The notes under the pieces are model-generated. The model did not search any database, had not been told where the DNA came from, and saw nothing but the letters and a program-made list of their open reading frames with translations. Position numbers and translations under genes: made by a program. Below are positions 63,409 to 64,000 of a stretch of 64,000 nucleotides of DNA, one piece after another. The stretch's first letter is position 1. Each line of letters starts with the position of its first letter. Where the stretch lies: assembly GCA_038205935.1 (NCBI GenBank), contig JBBRBK010000002.1, positions 1 to 64,000 of the forward strand. Direction: 5' to 3'. This stretch comes from Campylobacterales bacterium (GTDB lineage: Bacteria > Campylobacterota > Campylobacteria > Campylobacterales > Sulfurimonadaceae).

Positions 63409-63823
63409 TTTTGATATCCCATCTAATGAGGAGCACTTCCATCTTTCTCACAAGGTAGTTGTGAAATACAATAGAAGGGATCGCTACAACAAGACCAAAA
63501 GCCGTTGCTTTAAGAGCAAGAGCAAGACCTGTCATAATGGCACCACTGTCTGATAAGCCGTTCGTACCGATAGTAAAAAATGTCAAGATAATCCCAAAGA
63601 CTGTTCCAAGTAATCCAACGTATGGAGCATTTGAAGCTATGGTTGAGATGATAGTGAGATTGTTTCCAAGATCTATCTCTAACTCTTTTTTATCTTTGTA
63701 CTCTTCTAAAGATATTTTTTTATAAAACATTGTTCGCTCAATTCCTACACCGATAGAGAGGATGCTCATAAGTCCTAAAATTGCAAATATAACGATGTCT
63801 AGTATCTCTTTGTATTGTTCCAT
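63398..63823 (-). CDS. exbB: ExbB
   Basis: 'TIASNAPYVGLLGTV', 'ALKATAFGLVVAIP'. Confidence 0.93.
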   Translation of the reverse strand: MEQYKEILDIVIFAILGLMSILSIGVGIERTMFYKKISLEEYKDKKELEIDLGNNLTIISTIASNAPYVGLLGTVFGIILTFFTIGTNGLSDSGAIMTGLALALKATAFGLVVAIPSIVFHNYLVRKMEVLLIRWDIKNGN

Positions 63824-63841
63824 TTGTTTTGTTCCTTGTTT

Positions 63842-64000
63842 TTAAAATGTTGCTTTTATGCCCGCATAAACTGTTCTGCCACGAAGTGGACCCCAAACAT
63901 ACGATGTGTCAAAACCGCCACTAGCGTCATAAAATAACGGTGACTGAACATCTGTTTGTACAAAGTCAAACAAGTTTTTTGCACCTGCGTAAAGGGTAAA
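63842..64000 (-). CDS. C-terminal end of a TonB-dependent outer-membrane receptor (partial; continues beyond the window)
   Basis: Translates as FTLYAGAKNLFD...WGPLRGRTVYAGIKATF*, with 'NLFD', 'GRT' and a terminal Phe; lies upstream of exbB-exbD-tonB. Confidence 0.85.
   Translation of the reverse strand, partial: FTLYAGAKNLFDFVQTDVQSPLFYDASGGFDTSYVWGPLRGRTVYAGIKATF

Overview
AT-rich chromosomal window from a Campylobacterota bacterium (gene content and order suggest a Sulfurimonas/Sulfuricurvum-like organism; inference). It spans the replication origin: ruvC-[sixA-DGC]-oriC1-dnaA-oriC2-dnaN-gyrB, with two parS sites about 8.5 kb away and an rRNA-type promoter firing off the left edge. The rest is mostly housekeeping genes (znuABC, secG-frr-pyrE, pyrG-recJ, fliI-folE-rnj-rsmA, hisF-rlmN, purB-nrdA, queF, cca, PhoB/R-like two-component system, typA, nrdB, pcm, thyX, dGTPase, fliK-flgD-flgE-flgE, mscS/mscL, tonB-exbD-exbB). 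I saw no transposase, integrase, prophage, CRISPR array, tRNA or rRNA. The main unexplained signal is a 12-bp palindrome, CTTACATGTAAG. I counted by eye 14 perfect and 11 one-mismatch copies, mostly inside coding sequences where they force LTCK or LHVS/K/R peptides, plus one inverted pair forming a hairpin after typA. Three further copies are split at their centre by a near-identical 18-bp frame-preserving insert (TGYGAAGTRCCCTWTGGG); two of these are translated inside proteins. This looks like an iterated-palindrome system plus a tiny site-specific insertion element. I also found two candidate anti-Shine-Dalgarno sRNAs, Pho-box-like promoters, leaderless genes, an unannotated 37-aa membrane protein and a recent duplication in FliK. 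All counts and coordinates were made by hand.
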